Positions 19,086 through 27,142 of a stretch of 64,000 bases of DNA are shown in pieces. Where the stretch lies: positions 40,086-104,085 of the IMG/VR virus record IMGVR_UViG_3300032397_000006; one strand, given 5' to 3'. Under the pieces are notes generated by a model. That model ran no database searches. It was not told where the DNA came from and was given only the letters and a program-made list of their open reading frames with translations. The position numbers and the translations under genes are program-made. How positions within the stretch are numbered: position 1 is the first letter of the stretch; the number at the start of each line of letters is the position of its first letter. The stretch comes from a virus.

Positions 19086-19334
19086 CTACGGCAACTTTCG
19101 GATCTCGCGCTGAATCTCTAGCAGGAAGTTCTGCACTTCCTTGGCTAAGCCTGAGAATTTCGGCTGCAACGAAACGAGACGCAAGTCTTGATCAAATTCG
19201 AGCATTTCCCCGCACGCTACACAGAACGTAGCGTCCCCCGCTTCAGGCGCACTCTCGCCGGCAACGCGCATTGCGCCTACTGCCGCAAGCGGTGCGCTGC
19301 ACGTCGGGCACAGGTCTCTGTCAGGCACTTTCAT
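19086..19334 (-). CDS. Small zinc-ribbon protein
   Basis: CPTC...CVACG. Confidence 0.55.
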   Translation of the reverse strand: MKVPDRDLCPTCSAPLAAVGAMRVAGESAPEAGDATFCVACGEMLEFDQDLRLVSLQPKFSGLAKEVQNFLLEIQREIRKLP

Positions 19335-19852
19335 TTCGTAGCTCTCATGCGATTCTCGAGTCCAGCGATGTCCCTATCGCGCAGGTGCACTTGCTCTGTG
19401 AGCGCGTCGACCGTGGCGTGCAGTCGGATAAATTCGCGGTCCCTCTGCGCGAGCACCGTTTGCAGCCTGACGATCTCTTTATCCTGTGCCTCGACCACCA
19501 AGCGCGTCACCTGCAGACGTAACGTGTCAGCGAGCGAAACAGGATCGGAAGGCTCCGCTGCAGTAATTCCGCGCATTACGTTACGTGCGAGCACAAGGTA
19601 GTGGAGCGCATCCTGTTTATGCAGCACCTCAACCATGCGTAGCCGATCGATCAGGATAGCGAGCAGTACGTCCTCAGTGATTCCATTGACGCTGCCGTTC
19701 GGCATTTCGCCTTCGTGAAACTCAAGTACGAAGCCGCAGCACTTGTTATCCGGGCCGCGCCACGTCACGGCATAGACGCGACTGGCGGTCACATCATCAC
19801 CGTTACCCGTGATTGCGATCGCTGAATTGCTCGCGTGTTTTACGTCGCGCAT
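19331..19852 (-). CDS. Degenerate Tad1-like domain fused to coiled coil
   Basis: ASRVY..LEFHEG...SVNGITEDVLLAILIDRL aligns with 17043..17414. Confidence 0.65.
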   Translation of the reverse strand: MRDVKHASNSAIAITGNGDDVTASRVYAVTWRGPDNKCCGFVLEFHEGEMPNGSVNGITEDVLLAILIDRLRMVEVLHKQDALHYLVLARNVMRGITAAEPSDPVSLADTLRLQVTRLVVEAQDKEIVRLQTVLAQRDREFIRLHATVDALTEQVHLRDRDIAGLENRMRATK

Positions 19853-19857
19853 TAGCG

Positions 19858-20046
19858 CTAGCCTTTCCGCTTGCCCGGAGCTCGGATCACGAGGCGTGAA
19901 CCATCCGTGAATTCGATTGTCGTTCCTACGCCCGGATTAAGCCTGCGGTAGGCCTGCACGAGCTGCGCGGCTGCAGTGACCATATTATCCGCGCGAATGT
20001 TGTACGCCCACGCGTGCTCTGGCGCTTCGTCCTCAGTCGACATCAC
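19858..20046 (-). CDS. Hypothetical protein
   Basis: Coupled small ORF. Confidence 0.45.
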   Translation of the reverse strand: MMSTEDEAPEHAWAYNIRADNMVTAAAQLVQAYRRLNPGVGTTIEFTDGSRLVIRAPGKRKG

Positions 20047-20468
20047 GTCACCCTCAGTGCGCGTAGTGCGCAGTCCCGGGCCTCGAGCAGTCTGCGCACT
20101 GCAACCACTGACTCAGCGTTCACGGTCAGGTATTGCGCGAGCATTTGCGCAAACTCGAAAAAGTCGCGAGTTACGTTCGGAGATTCAGGGCTGTACTCGA
20201 AAAAGCTCAAGATGGTTTGCACTGAGCTGTGCTCGCTTGCTGCACGTAGGCCGTGCTGCACGGCGCTGCGATCCAGGCGCTGCGAACGTAGCGCACAGTC
20301 CTGTGACTCAAGTAGCTTGCGCACCATCGTTGTTGCCTCTGCATTTGCCGGCAGCTGTGCGGCGATTACGCGTGCGAATACTCCAAACAGTGTTTCCTCG
20401 AAAAGCTGTAGCAAGCTCTGCACTGAGGGGTGCTGTGCCGCCGTTACCTTGTTATCGTCAGGTGTCAT
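20043..20468 (-). CDS. Tandem two-domain paralogue of 16733..16996
   Basis: PANAEATTMVRKLLESQDCALRS and VNAESVVAVRRLLEARDCALRA. Confidence 0.7.
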   Translation of the reverse strand: MTPDDNKVTAAQHPSVQSLLQLFEETLFGVFARVIAAQLPANAEATTMVRKLLESQDCALRSQRLDRSAVQHGLRAASEHSSVQTILSFFEYSPESPNVTRDFFEFAQMLAQYLTVNAESVVAVRRLLEARDCALRALRVT

Positions 20469-20734
20469 TCGCTCCCTTTACTCGCGGGTTGCGGCATCGC
20501 GTCTTTCAAGAGTTGCAACATGCGTTCTTGTACAGGCGCCACTTCTCCTACGTGCGACGCCACTTCCTTTTCTTTTCGTCCTACGACCAGAATGCGCGCC
20601 GTAATCGCTTCCGGCTGCACACTCACTCGCGGGAACTGCACGTGCAACAGGCTACCTGTGATCCTGACGATCTCGCCTGTATGCTGCTCACCTGCATATT
20701 CGAAGTCGACGATATCTCCCACTGAGAAACTCAC
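20465..20734 (-). CDS. Small KOW/SH3-like protein
   Basis: FSVGDIVDF...HTGEIVRI. Confidence 0.5.
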   Translation of the reverse strand: MSFSVGDIVDFEYAGEQHTGEIVRITGSLLHVQFPRVSVQPEAITARILVVGRKEKEVASHVGEVAPVQERMLQLLKDAMPQPASKGSE

Positions 20735-20958
20735 GGCTTATACCTTTCTAACGCGTCGACTAGGACATCGGTCAACGCGTCGGGCTCGTCCCTTACGTGT
20801 ATGTGATTCGTTAGAATGCCAGCAAGCTCGAGTAGCGTTTTACGCATAGCGGCATTCTCTTTTCGTAGCCGCTCCACCGTACCAGGCTCCTCGACATCCG
20901 CCAACTTTCCGAATGCTGCGTGTAGGGCTCTTACTATTCCGCGCTCGGTTTCGTCCAT
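20731..20958 (-). CDS. Hypothetical protein
   Basis: RBS GAGG; coupled to the downstream ORF. Confidence 0.5.
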   Translation of the reverse strand: MDETERGIVRALHAAFGKLADVEEPGTVERLRKENAAMRKTLLELAGILTNHIHVRDEPDALTDVLVDALERYKP

Positions 20959-21172
20959 TTTATACCTCTACGCTGGCGCCTTATCGCACGGTATTATAAG
21001 TGTGCATTGATCGACTGCGCGGGATTTCCGAGTCTTGGTTTATGCGCTCCACTCGAGAGCCTTATCGCAGCGAGGACAAGCAATCATCGCCCGTTATCGA
21101 AATGCGCCCACGTCCACACCAACCAGCACAGCAGCAGCGCTAACGAAAAAACAATTAGCGCATCGTAGCGTG

Positions 21173-21556
21173 TCATTTGTAGCGATCACTCAGCGTGCGG
21201 GCTGCGTCTAACCACTCGTCGAGATCGCGTGCGAGACGCGCTGCGCTTTCATCCTGCAACGTGTACGTACCTATTCCGAACGCGAGCGAAGTCGAGTATC
21301 CGATCAGCCGGCCTTCGCCATCATGTAGTGGGAAATGATGCTGTCCGGATACGTGCTGAATCGCATCTTGCTCGTAGAGCTCGCACGCTCGCTTATGCGC
21401 CTCCATTTGTTCCGGTGCGCAGCTCTCTGGATCAGGGAAAAAGTCGCGCGGATCTCCGCCTGGAAAAAAGCCGTAGCTTACTATGCCGCTCTCCTCGCGG
21501 ATCTTGTCTGCGATAGCGCGGAGCATGGTGATTTCGTCCTCGGGCAGTTCGTACAC
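21173..21556 (-). CDS. Hypothetical protein
   Basis: GFFPGGDPRDFFPDPE; plausible coding. Confidence 0.55.
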   Translation of the reverse strand: MYELPEDEITMLRAIADKIREESGIVSYGFFPGGDPRDFFPDPESCAPEQMEAHKRACELYEQDAIQHVSGQHHFPLHDGEGRLIGYSTSLAFGIGTYTLQDESAARLARDLDEWLDAARTLSDRYK

Positions 21557-21566
21557 CGCGCGCCTT

Positions 21567-21863
21567 TCAGTGCGTTGCCGAATCCACGCGCTCCGAGATA
21601 GCCGCGAGCGCGATCTTTGCCGTGTCTGCTACGAACGTCTTTTCGTCGGCTAATTTAGCGCTCGCTCCCGTTAGCAGGAACAGCACGGCATTATGTCTAC
21701 GGTGCCAGCGCTCGTGATCGAGCTTCGCCGTGCACTCGCTATCGTTGTCCGCATTCAGCACGCCCTCGTGTGCGTCCTGCCACTCCGTATCGAGCAGCAT
21801 TAACGCCACTGCTAGCGTCACGACTCCGGTAAATAGACCCGTTGCATCCTCGTCAGTTTCCAT
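21567..21863 (-). CDS. Hypothetical protein
   Basis: METDEDATG...; start estimated. Confidence 0.45.
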   Translation of the reverse strand: METDEDATGLFTGVVTLAVALMLLDTEWQDAHEGVLNADNDSECTAKLDHERWHRRHNAVLFLLTGASAKLADEKTFVADTAKIALAAISERVDSATH

Positions 21864-21864
21864 T

Positions 21865-22428
21865 TTAGCTAGTCTCCATTCCCCACGCGTCCCAGCCGCT
21901 GACACGCGCACGCGCAAACAATTCAATTCGCGGCCTGTCGCCGTACAGACTCACGATCTTGTCGCGAATCACCGGAGGCTTCTCCGAGTGCCTTCCGCGA
22001 CCGTGCAGCACGACCTGCCCCATTGCACAGTCCAGCAACGGAAAAGGTCGCCCGCGAGGCCTCAGCGTCGCCAGCAGGCATAATTCAGTCGTGGGCTTGG
22101 TGCACGTCGGAGGCACGCCTTGCCCGTTGATTATCGCGCCTGATTTATTCGTTTTCACCCACACGAACGCGACACCTCGATAGTGCAAGCCCCACGATGC
22201 GATCGCGCGAAATGCGAGGTCCGCACGAGGACACGTGCACCACAGAAACAACGCACCTTCGCGCCCTCGAAACAGCGCGCGGATCGGCATGTCGCAAATC
22301 TCGTCGATCGACATCAGATCGTAGTGCTTACCCGCAGCTCCATCCTTTGTCGCCGAGCCGTACATAGGCCAGGGCGGATCGGCGTAGATCAGATCGTAGC
22401 CGGCTGCGTGCTCACTGAGCGCGATCAT
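21865..22428 (-). CDS. MT-A70 family adenine methyltransferase
   Basis: YDLIYADPPW, LFLWCT, FVWVK, TELCLLA, HSEKP, RIELFAR, GWDAWG; start at MIALSEH. Confidence 0.9.
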   Translation of the reverse strand: MIALSEHAAGYDLIYADPPWPMYGSATKDGAAGKHYDLMSIDEICDMPIRALFRGREGALFLWCTCPRADLAFRAIASWGLHYRGVAFVWVKTNKSGAIINGQGVPPTCTKPTTELCLLATLRPRGRPFPLLDCAMGQVVLHGRGRHSEKPPVIRDKIVSLYGDRPRIELFARARVSGWDAWGMETS

Positions 22429-22718
22429 TTGCGACACCGCGGCATCCTGCGCGCTAGCGGCACGGTGCGAAGTGCTGCCGTGTGCTCGCGTAGAAAATCG
22501 AGCACGTACCGCGTGGCCTCGGCCTTCGCGTCCTCGATTCCCTTGTGCTCTAACGGCACGCGCGAGATCCCTAGTCGGGGGCAGCTCAACAGCCACTGCG
22601 TAGCGGCAAAATCAATATGCCGGTGCACGCACAGCTCGCACTGCCCGAATTTCACGCGATGCGCGTACGCGATCGTCGTGCCTGCCCTCGTGTCCTCGAT
22701 CCAATCGCCCACGCTCAC
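22425..22718 (-). CDS. Hypothetical protein
   Basis: Stop overlaps the MT-A70 start; preceded by TTGACG-GTTATCG element (22730-22758). Confidence 0.5.
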   Translation of the reverse strand: MSVGDWIEDTRAGTTIAYAHRVKFGQCELCVHRHIDFAATQWLLSCPRLGISRVPLEHKGIEDAKAEATRYVLDFLREHTAALRTVPLARRMPRCRK

Positions 22719-22766
22719 CCCTGCGCGCGGCTTTACTACGGCGTACGATAACCGTCAAGCTGCAGA

Positions 22767-23348
22767 TCAACGCTCGATAAACGCGAGCAAACGATCTATT
22801 GCTTCGACCTCCGGATCGGGCGCTTGCGCGGGCACTAGGCGGAGCACCGCGGCTTGCCTAGGCGCGTGCAGCAGTCGCACCGGAGGTGCTGCTACAGGCG
22901 CTTCGAACGAGGCCAAGGTGCGCGCCTTATCGTCGCGCTCAAGCTCCCAATCAAACGAGACCGAACCGTAAAAGTTCACGTCGAAATAGTCGGTCATCCT
23001 GTCCGATCGGTCATAGTTGTAAGCGTCTCGAATGCCCTCTAGCGCGTCCAGCAAAGCCCGCGCTGCGTCGGTGTAGCGGCCTCCCGGGTGCGAGGTCGAG
23101 TGCGGGTAATCCCGTTCGTACAGCACGCGTTCAGGGCTGCAAATCACGAAACCCTCAGGCGCCGCAGTGACCTCCACGTCGAGACTGCGCCCTCCGCTAT
23201 ATTTTCGTACGCGCACCGAGATTTTGCAGTCCGGCATCGCGCCCGACTTGATCGAGGCCTTGATCTCCGCGCGCACACGCTTTGCGATGGCCACGATCGA
23301 CAAGTCGCGATCGTATTTCGAACCTGAGCTATTGCAGTTTTCCATCAC
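22767..23348 (-). CDS. LPD29-like (large polyvalent protein domain) protein
   Basis: IAKRVRAEIK..KISVR..YSGG.S.DV...YNYDRSDRMTDYFDVNFY. Confidence 0.75.
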   Translation of the reverse strand: MMENCNSSGSKYDRDLSIVAIAKRVRAEIKASIKSGAMPDCKISVRVRKYSGGRSLDVEVTAAPEGFVICSPERVLYERDYPHSTSHPGGRYTDAARALLDALEGIRDAYNYDRSDRMTDYFDVNFYGSVSFDWELERDDKARTLASFEAPVAAPPVRLLHAPRQAAVLRLVPAQAPDPEVEAIDRLLAFIER

Positions 23349-23367
23349 GGTACCCTTCCCTTTTTAT

Positions 23368-23625
23368 TCACACGCGCTTGTACGAACTGCTCAGTGCGTA
23401 CTCAGCGGCAACGCGCCGGCACGCGGATTTCAGAAAGCTTTTCGAGTACCCGCGCAGCACCTTCAACTCGTGCGCCCAGCATCCAAGAATACTCCCGCCA
23501 AGCACCTTCACTTCGACGCGAACATCGTCCGCCCAAACCACTTCGCCCTCGAGACCAGCCCAGCTCGGACACTGCACACCGACGTACCGAACGATCGCGC
23601 CTTTTTTGACTTCCTTGTTTCCCAC
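23368..23625 (-). CDS. Small SH3-like hypothetical protein (cassette gene)
   Basis: GTG start directly after the repeat RBS GAAGGGAAGGT. Confidence 0.55.
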   Translation of the reverse strand: MGNKEVKKGAIVRYVGVQCPSWAGLEGEVVWADDVRVEVKVLGGSILGCWAHELKVLRGYSKSFLKSACRRVAAEYALSSSYKRV

Positions 23626-23630
23626 AAAGC

Positions 23631-23676
23631 ACCTTCCCTTCAATCTAGTTATCTCACGACGCGATAACTCGCGCAA
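23631..23676 (-). promoter_or_regulatory. Repeated promoter/operator/RBS element, copy 1
   Basis: TTGCGC-N17-GATAAC; palindrome GTTATCgc-N5-gaGATAAC; then TAGATTGAAGGGAAGGT. Confidence 0.8.
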
Positions 23677-23692
23677 GCGGAAACGCCCGCGG

Positions 23693-24115
23693 TCAGGAGA
23701 CCGAGCGCGCCAGATCTTCGACCGCTCGCCGCAAGTCAAACCGATTCAAGTCTTCGTCCAGACTTTCGCGCCCGAGTACGCGCTCAGCGAGAGCTCGCAC
23801 TTTCAAGATGTCGTCACTGAATTCCTCGTTCACACACTCGAGTTTTTCCACCTGATCTTCGAGCTCGCTGATCTCGCCGCGCAAGCGCTCGATCACGTTG
23901 CGTTCACTCACGAGCTCGTCAACCAAGCACTGCGCCAGCTTCGCAAACTGCAGCGCGATAGGCCCCACGTCCCGCGCCACGCCGTTATCGACAACACACA
24001 CGCCTTCACTTTGGAGCACTGAGACGAACGCCCGAAAATCCTCGATCTTCCGGTCAGCCGCTTCCTCGAGTGACAGCGCCTTCGGTCGCGCCTTCGCTTT
24101 TACGTTCCTTGCCAC
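23693..24115 (-). CDS. Coiled-coil hypothetical protein (cassette gene)
   Basis: GTG start after repeat RBS. Confidence 0.65.
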   Translation of the reverse strand: MARNVKAKARPKALSLEEAADRKIEDFRAFVSVLQSEGVCVVDNGVARDVGPIALQFAKLAQCLVDELVSERNVIERLRGEISELEDQVEKLECVNEEFSDDILKVRALAERVLGRESLDEDLNRFDLRRAVEDLARSVS

Positions 24116-24120
24116 GACTC

Positions 24121-24166
24121 ACCTTCCCTTCGATTTAGTTATCGCATGTTCCGATAAGCTATGCAA
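24121..24166 (-). promoter_or_regulatory. Repeated promoter/operator/RBS element, copy 2
   Basis: TTGCATagcttatcggaacatgcGATAACtaaatcgaagggaaggt. Confidence 0.8.
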
Positions 24167-24175
24167 GATCAAAAG

Positions 24176-24499
24176 CTAGTCGCTTGCGGCATCATCGTAC
24201 GCTGCGATTCCGTGCCGATTCAGCACCTCAGCGAACACGCGCGCTCGTCCGAGAGCTCGGCCGTCCGCATTGTCGTAGCCCATGTAAATCGCGTTCTTGC
24301 CCACGCCGTAGCCTTGCGCGTTGAAGATCAGGCCAGACTGCTCACACACCTTTTTGACCGCTTTGATCAGAGCGCGGTCACCCGACACGCATACGTAAGC
24401 ACGACCGCAGCCGGACGCGCGAGCAGCAATGTAGGGCGCGTCATTTGCCTCGCGGATTGCTACGGCCACCTTGCTCTCGAGCTCTGAATTCTTTCCCAT
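24176..24499 (-). CDS. Hypothetical protein (cassette gene)
   Basis: MGKNSELE...GCGRAYV...AFAEVL-like C-terminus (RVFAEVLNRHGI). Confidence 0.65.
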   Translation of the reverse strand: MGKNSELESKVAVAIREANDAPYIAARASGCGRAYVCVSGDRALIKAVKKVCEQSGLIFNAQGYGVGKNAIYMGYDNADGRALGRARVFAEVLNRHGIAAYDDAASD

Positions 24500-24504
24500 G
24501 AAAC

Positions 24505-24550
24505 ACCTACCCTTCAATCTAGTTATCGCACGAGACGATAACAGCGGCAA
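24505..24550 (-). promoter_or_regulatory. Repeated promoter/operator/RBS element, copy 3
   Basis: TTGCCGctgttatcgtctcgtgcGATAACtagattgaagggtaggt. Confidence 0.8.
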
Positions 24551-24582
24551 CGCTTTTCGACCGCTAACGTAGGAGCGCTCGC

Positions 24583-25992
24583 TTAACTCTCGACGCTGTG
24601 TCTGTGAGCGGCGTGCCTCTCGGCTGCCTGCCGGCTGCCGGTCTCTGCGATCACGCTGCCTGCGCGGCGCACTTGCCAGAGCCCGTCCGATCCACGCTGT
24701 ACCGTGTGCTGCCCGTGCGTCGCCACGACGGGCCCTGTAGCGCTCGCTGGATCGCGCACGGGCAAAGGGGGTGGCGTACCGCCAGCCTTGCCCGGAAGGG
24801 GCGGAGGCTTGGCGGCGTCGGCCTGTTTCGGCAACGGCGGAGGCACGCCCGCGGCACGCGTCGGAGGTGTCTCGCGCTTGCGCTGATCCACAGCCGCGAG
24901 CGCTGCCGCTTGCGCCGCAGCACGCTTTGCCTTCGCACCTCGAGGCTTCGCGCCCTTCGCGCCCTGCAACGAGGCCAACAGCTTCGCGTGCTGCGCGAGC
25001 TGCGCGCCTTGCTGCGCGAGCTGCGCCTGTAGCTTGCCCTCCCTGCGCGTCGATTTCGCATGCTCCGCGGTCAGTGCTGCGTGTCCATTCGCTTGCGCTG
25101 CTGCGTGCTCTCGCAATTGCGAGCGTGCCGCTTTCGCTGCTCTCTGATCGCCTGAGCGTTTCGCCTGCACGAGTGCACTGCGCGCGATCTTGTGCTCGCG
25201 CACGAGCGCTTGCGTCGAGGCCTGATGCTGCGCGTGCTGTTGCGCGAGCTGACCGTGCAACGCCTTAAGCTGAACCTGAGTCTGTTTATGGGCTGCGATC
25301 AAATGCTGTTGCGCGATCGCGTGCGCCTGCATTTGTTTCGCATTACGTTTCTTCGACTCTGCGAGCCGTCCCGACGCGGTGCGCTTATGTGCCTGCAGTT
25401 TTTTCGCGAACGCTTTCTGATGCGAAAGCAACGCGCCCGCAGAGATTCGCTTCTGCTGCTCGAGTCTCTTACTGTGTGCGCGAACCGTAAGCTTGAGCTT
25501 TTTCTTGAAGGCCTTCTGATGCGCGAGGAGCTTCTCTGTGTGCTGCTTTTTCTGCTGCTCAAGTTTCTGCTTAGGCGTGAGCTTTTTCGCCTTACTGCGC
25601 GCAGGCACGTGCAACGGCATGCGGGCAAGCTTGCTCCACTTACCGCCAGCTTTACGACCTACCCATTTCTTACCGTCGAAACGAAACTCGTGCCGCTGGC
25701 CGCGCGACTTGACGTGAAAGGTGCTCGCCTTTCCGGAGTGCTCGATCTTGTGCACCATGCCCGCGGCACCCGTCCGCATCGCAACGGCGGTACCTACGCC
25801 TAGTCGTCGAGGAGCGCCCTGCGGCGCTGCGTAGACGTAATTCCAACCACCCTTACCGTCTGCTTTACGCGTAAGGTATTTATGACCAGGCATTTCCTGC
25901 CCGGGCACAGCAGCTTTACGCAAGGGCTCCGCAAAAGACAGCACGTCGAAGTGCGTCACGTCTTGTGCAGTCAACGGAATTACCAGGAGCAT
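24583..25992 (-). CDS. Basic K/H/Q-rich coiled-coil protein with N-terminal GHKY..DGKGGW motif
   Basis: LRKAAVPGQEMPGHKYLTRKADGKGGWNYVY; long AHQK-rich coil; three PPPLP repeats. Confidence 0.8.
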   Translation of the reverse strand: MLLVIPLTAQDVTHFDVLSFAEPLRKAAVPGQEMPGHKYLTRKADGKGGWNYVYAAPQGAPRRLGVGTAVAMRTGAAGMVHKIEHSGKASTFHVKSRGQRHEFRFDGKKWVGRKAGGKWSKLARMPLHVPARSKAKKLTPKQKLEQQKKQHTEKLLAHQKAFKKKLKLTVRAHSKRLEQQKRISAGALLSHQKAFAKKLQAHKRTASGRLAESKKRNAKQMQAHAIAQQHLIAAHKQTQVQLKALHGQLAQQHAQHQASTQALVREHKIARSALVQAKRSGDQRAAKAARSQLREHAAAQANGHAALTAEHAKSTRREGKLQAQLAQQGAQLAQHAKLLASLQGAKGAKPRGAKAKRAAAQAAALAAVDQRKRETPPTRAAGVPPPLPKQADAAKPPPLPGKAGGTPPPLPVRDPASATGPVVATHGQHTVQRGSDGLWQVRRAGSVIAETGSRQAAERHAAHRHSVES

Positions 25993-26513
25993 TATCCGGC
26001 GTCTCGCTTGCGCGTTACCATGATCACCAGGCGCTTCTGTGCAGGCGCGTAGAACTGCTCTGCCTTGATCACCGTACGTAGCGCAGGCGCGCGCTTTACG
26101 TCAGTGCTCTGATTTTTCCGCCAGAACGCGAGAGCTCTGCGCGTGATTTCGCCGCGCACGTCAGGATCAGGCACCATCACGCGCAGCGATTCGATCAAAT
26201 GTCCTCGCCCGAGCGCGAGCCTTTGCTGACCTGCACGTGGCGCGTACTGCACGTTACTGCCTGCGACCAAGCGCTGCACTCGATCGCTCACGGTCGCGTC
26301 AAGGCCGAGCCCGCGCGTGATGTCCGCAACCGTGACAACGTGCCGCGGTTGCGGTGACGAGAAATCTTCGATCTCAGTCTCGAAAAGACGCGAAGGTCCG
26401 ATCTCCGACTGCATCTCACCGAGGCCCATTCCAGCGCGAGCTCGCATCTTGTGCGAGCTCAGAGCGCTACCGAAACCGGGCTCGCTTAGACTGCGTAGCG
26501 GCTCTTTAATCAC
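25992..26513 (-). CDS. Hypothetical (possibly virion) protein
   Basis: Coupled to 24583..25992; C-terminal VIKA motif. Confidence 0.6.
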   Translation of the reverse strand: MIKEPLRSLSEPGFGSALSSHKMRARAGMGLGEMQSEIGPSRLFETEIEDFSSPQPRHVVTVADITRGLGLDATVSDRVQRLVAGSNVQYAPRAGQQRLALGRGHLIESLRVMVPDPDVRGEITRRALAFWRKNQSTDVKRAPALRTVIKAEQFYAPAQKRLVIMVTRKRDAG

Positions 26514-26635
26514 GCAACCTCCAGAAAGTGCCGCCCAGCCCCCACCCTACCGGGTAGCGTGCCACGCTGCTAAGCGCGGCGCCCTATGCTGCGCGATTGG
26601 GGGACGCCGATCGCGCAGCATCACGCCAACAGCGC

Positions 26636-27037
26636 TTACTTCGATCCGTTCACGTCACGGAAGCCATACGCGATCACCTGCACCACTTCGGTGTTCGCTG
26701 CAACGGCGACGGCAAGCGTGACACGGCGTGGCTTTCCAGCTGCGTCGTTCGCGATGCTCAATCCCGTGGCTGCCGCGCCCGTGGCATCCACTTGCACCGC
26801 GGTACCCACGAACAGCTGCCGCTTGCGCGGAGTGCCTGCCGGGTTGACGATTTCGACGTAGCCGGGATCGAAGGGCAGATCCAGCGTACCTCCGACGCCG
26901 CCCGCACCCGTGATGGTCCCTGCGAAGATTTCGCAGGCGTGCTGCATGTAGCCCTGCGCGACCTTGTAATGATCGGTCGTCGGCACATCCGCTTTCGCGG
27001 TGGGAATGAGACTCTGCGCAAACGTAGTTCGTGGCAT
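26636..27037 (-). CDS. Hypothetical (possibly virion) protein
   Basis: RBS AAGGGGAG; beta-rich, Gly/Ala/Thr-rich. Confidence 0.65.
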   Translation of the reverse strand: MPRTTFAQSLIPTAKADVPTTDHYKVAQGYMQHACEIFAGTITGAGGVGGTLDLPFDPGYVEIVNPAGTPRKRQLFVGTAVQVDATGAAATGLSIANDAAGKPRRVTLAVAVAANTEVVQVIAYGFRDVNGSK

Positions 27038-27142
27038 CTGATTTTTCTCCCCTTGGTTTCAGTGAGCCGCGCACTCAGCGCGAGATCCCCAACGCGGGAA
27101 AAGGTATCGCGATCCTGCATAGCGGTCAACGCTGACAAATAG

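Noticed and set aside
870-25905. Fixed GGT-AAG codons in the tag repeat (GGT in 12 of 13 copies) as a DNA recombination site
   Set aside because: The same GAC-GGT-AA(G/A) coding of D-G-K appears outside the repeat (~5211, 12050, 25670, 27338, 33601), so codon-pair bias explains it. Other synonymous positions vary, which points to protein-level selection.
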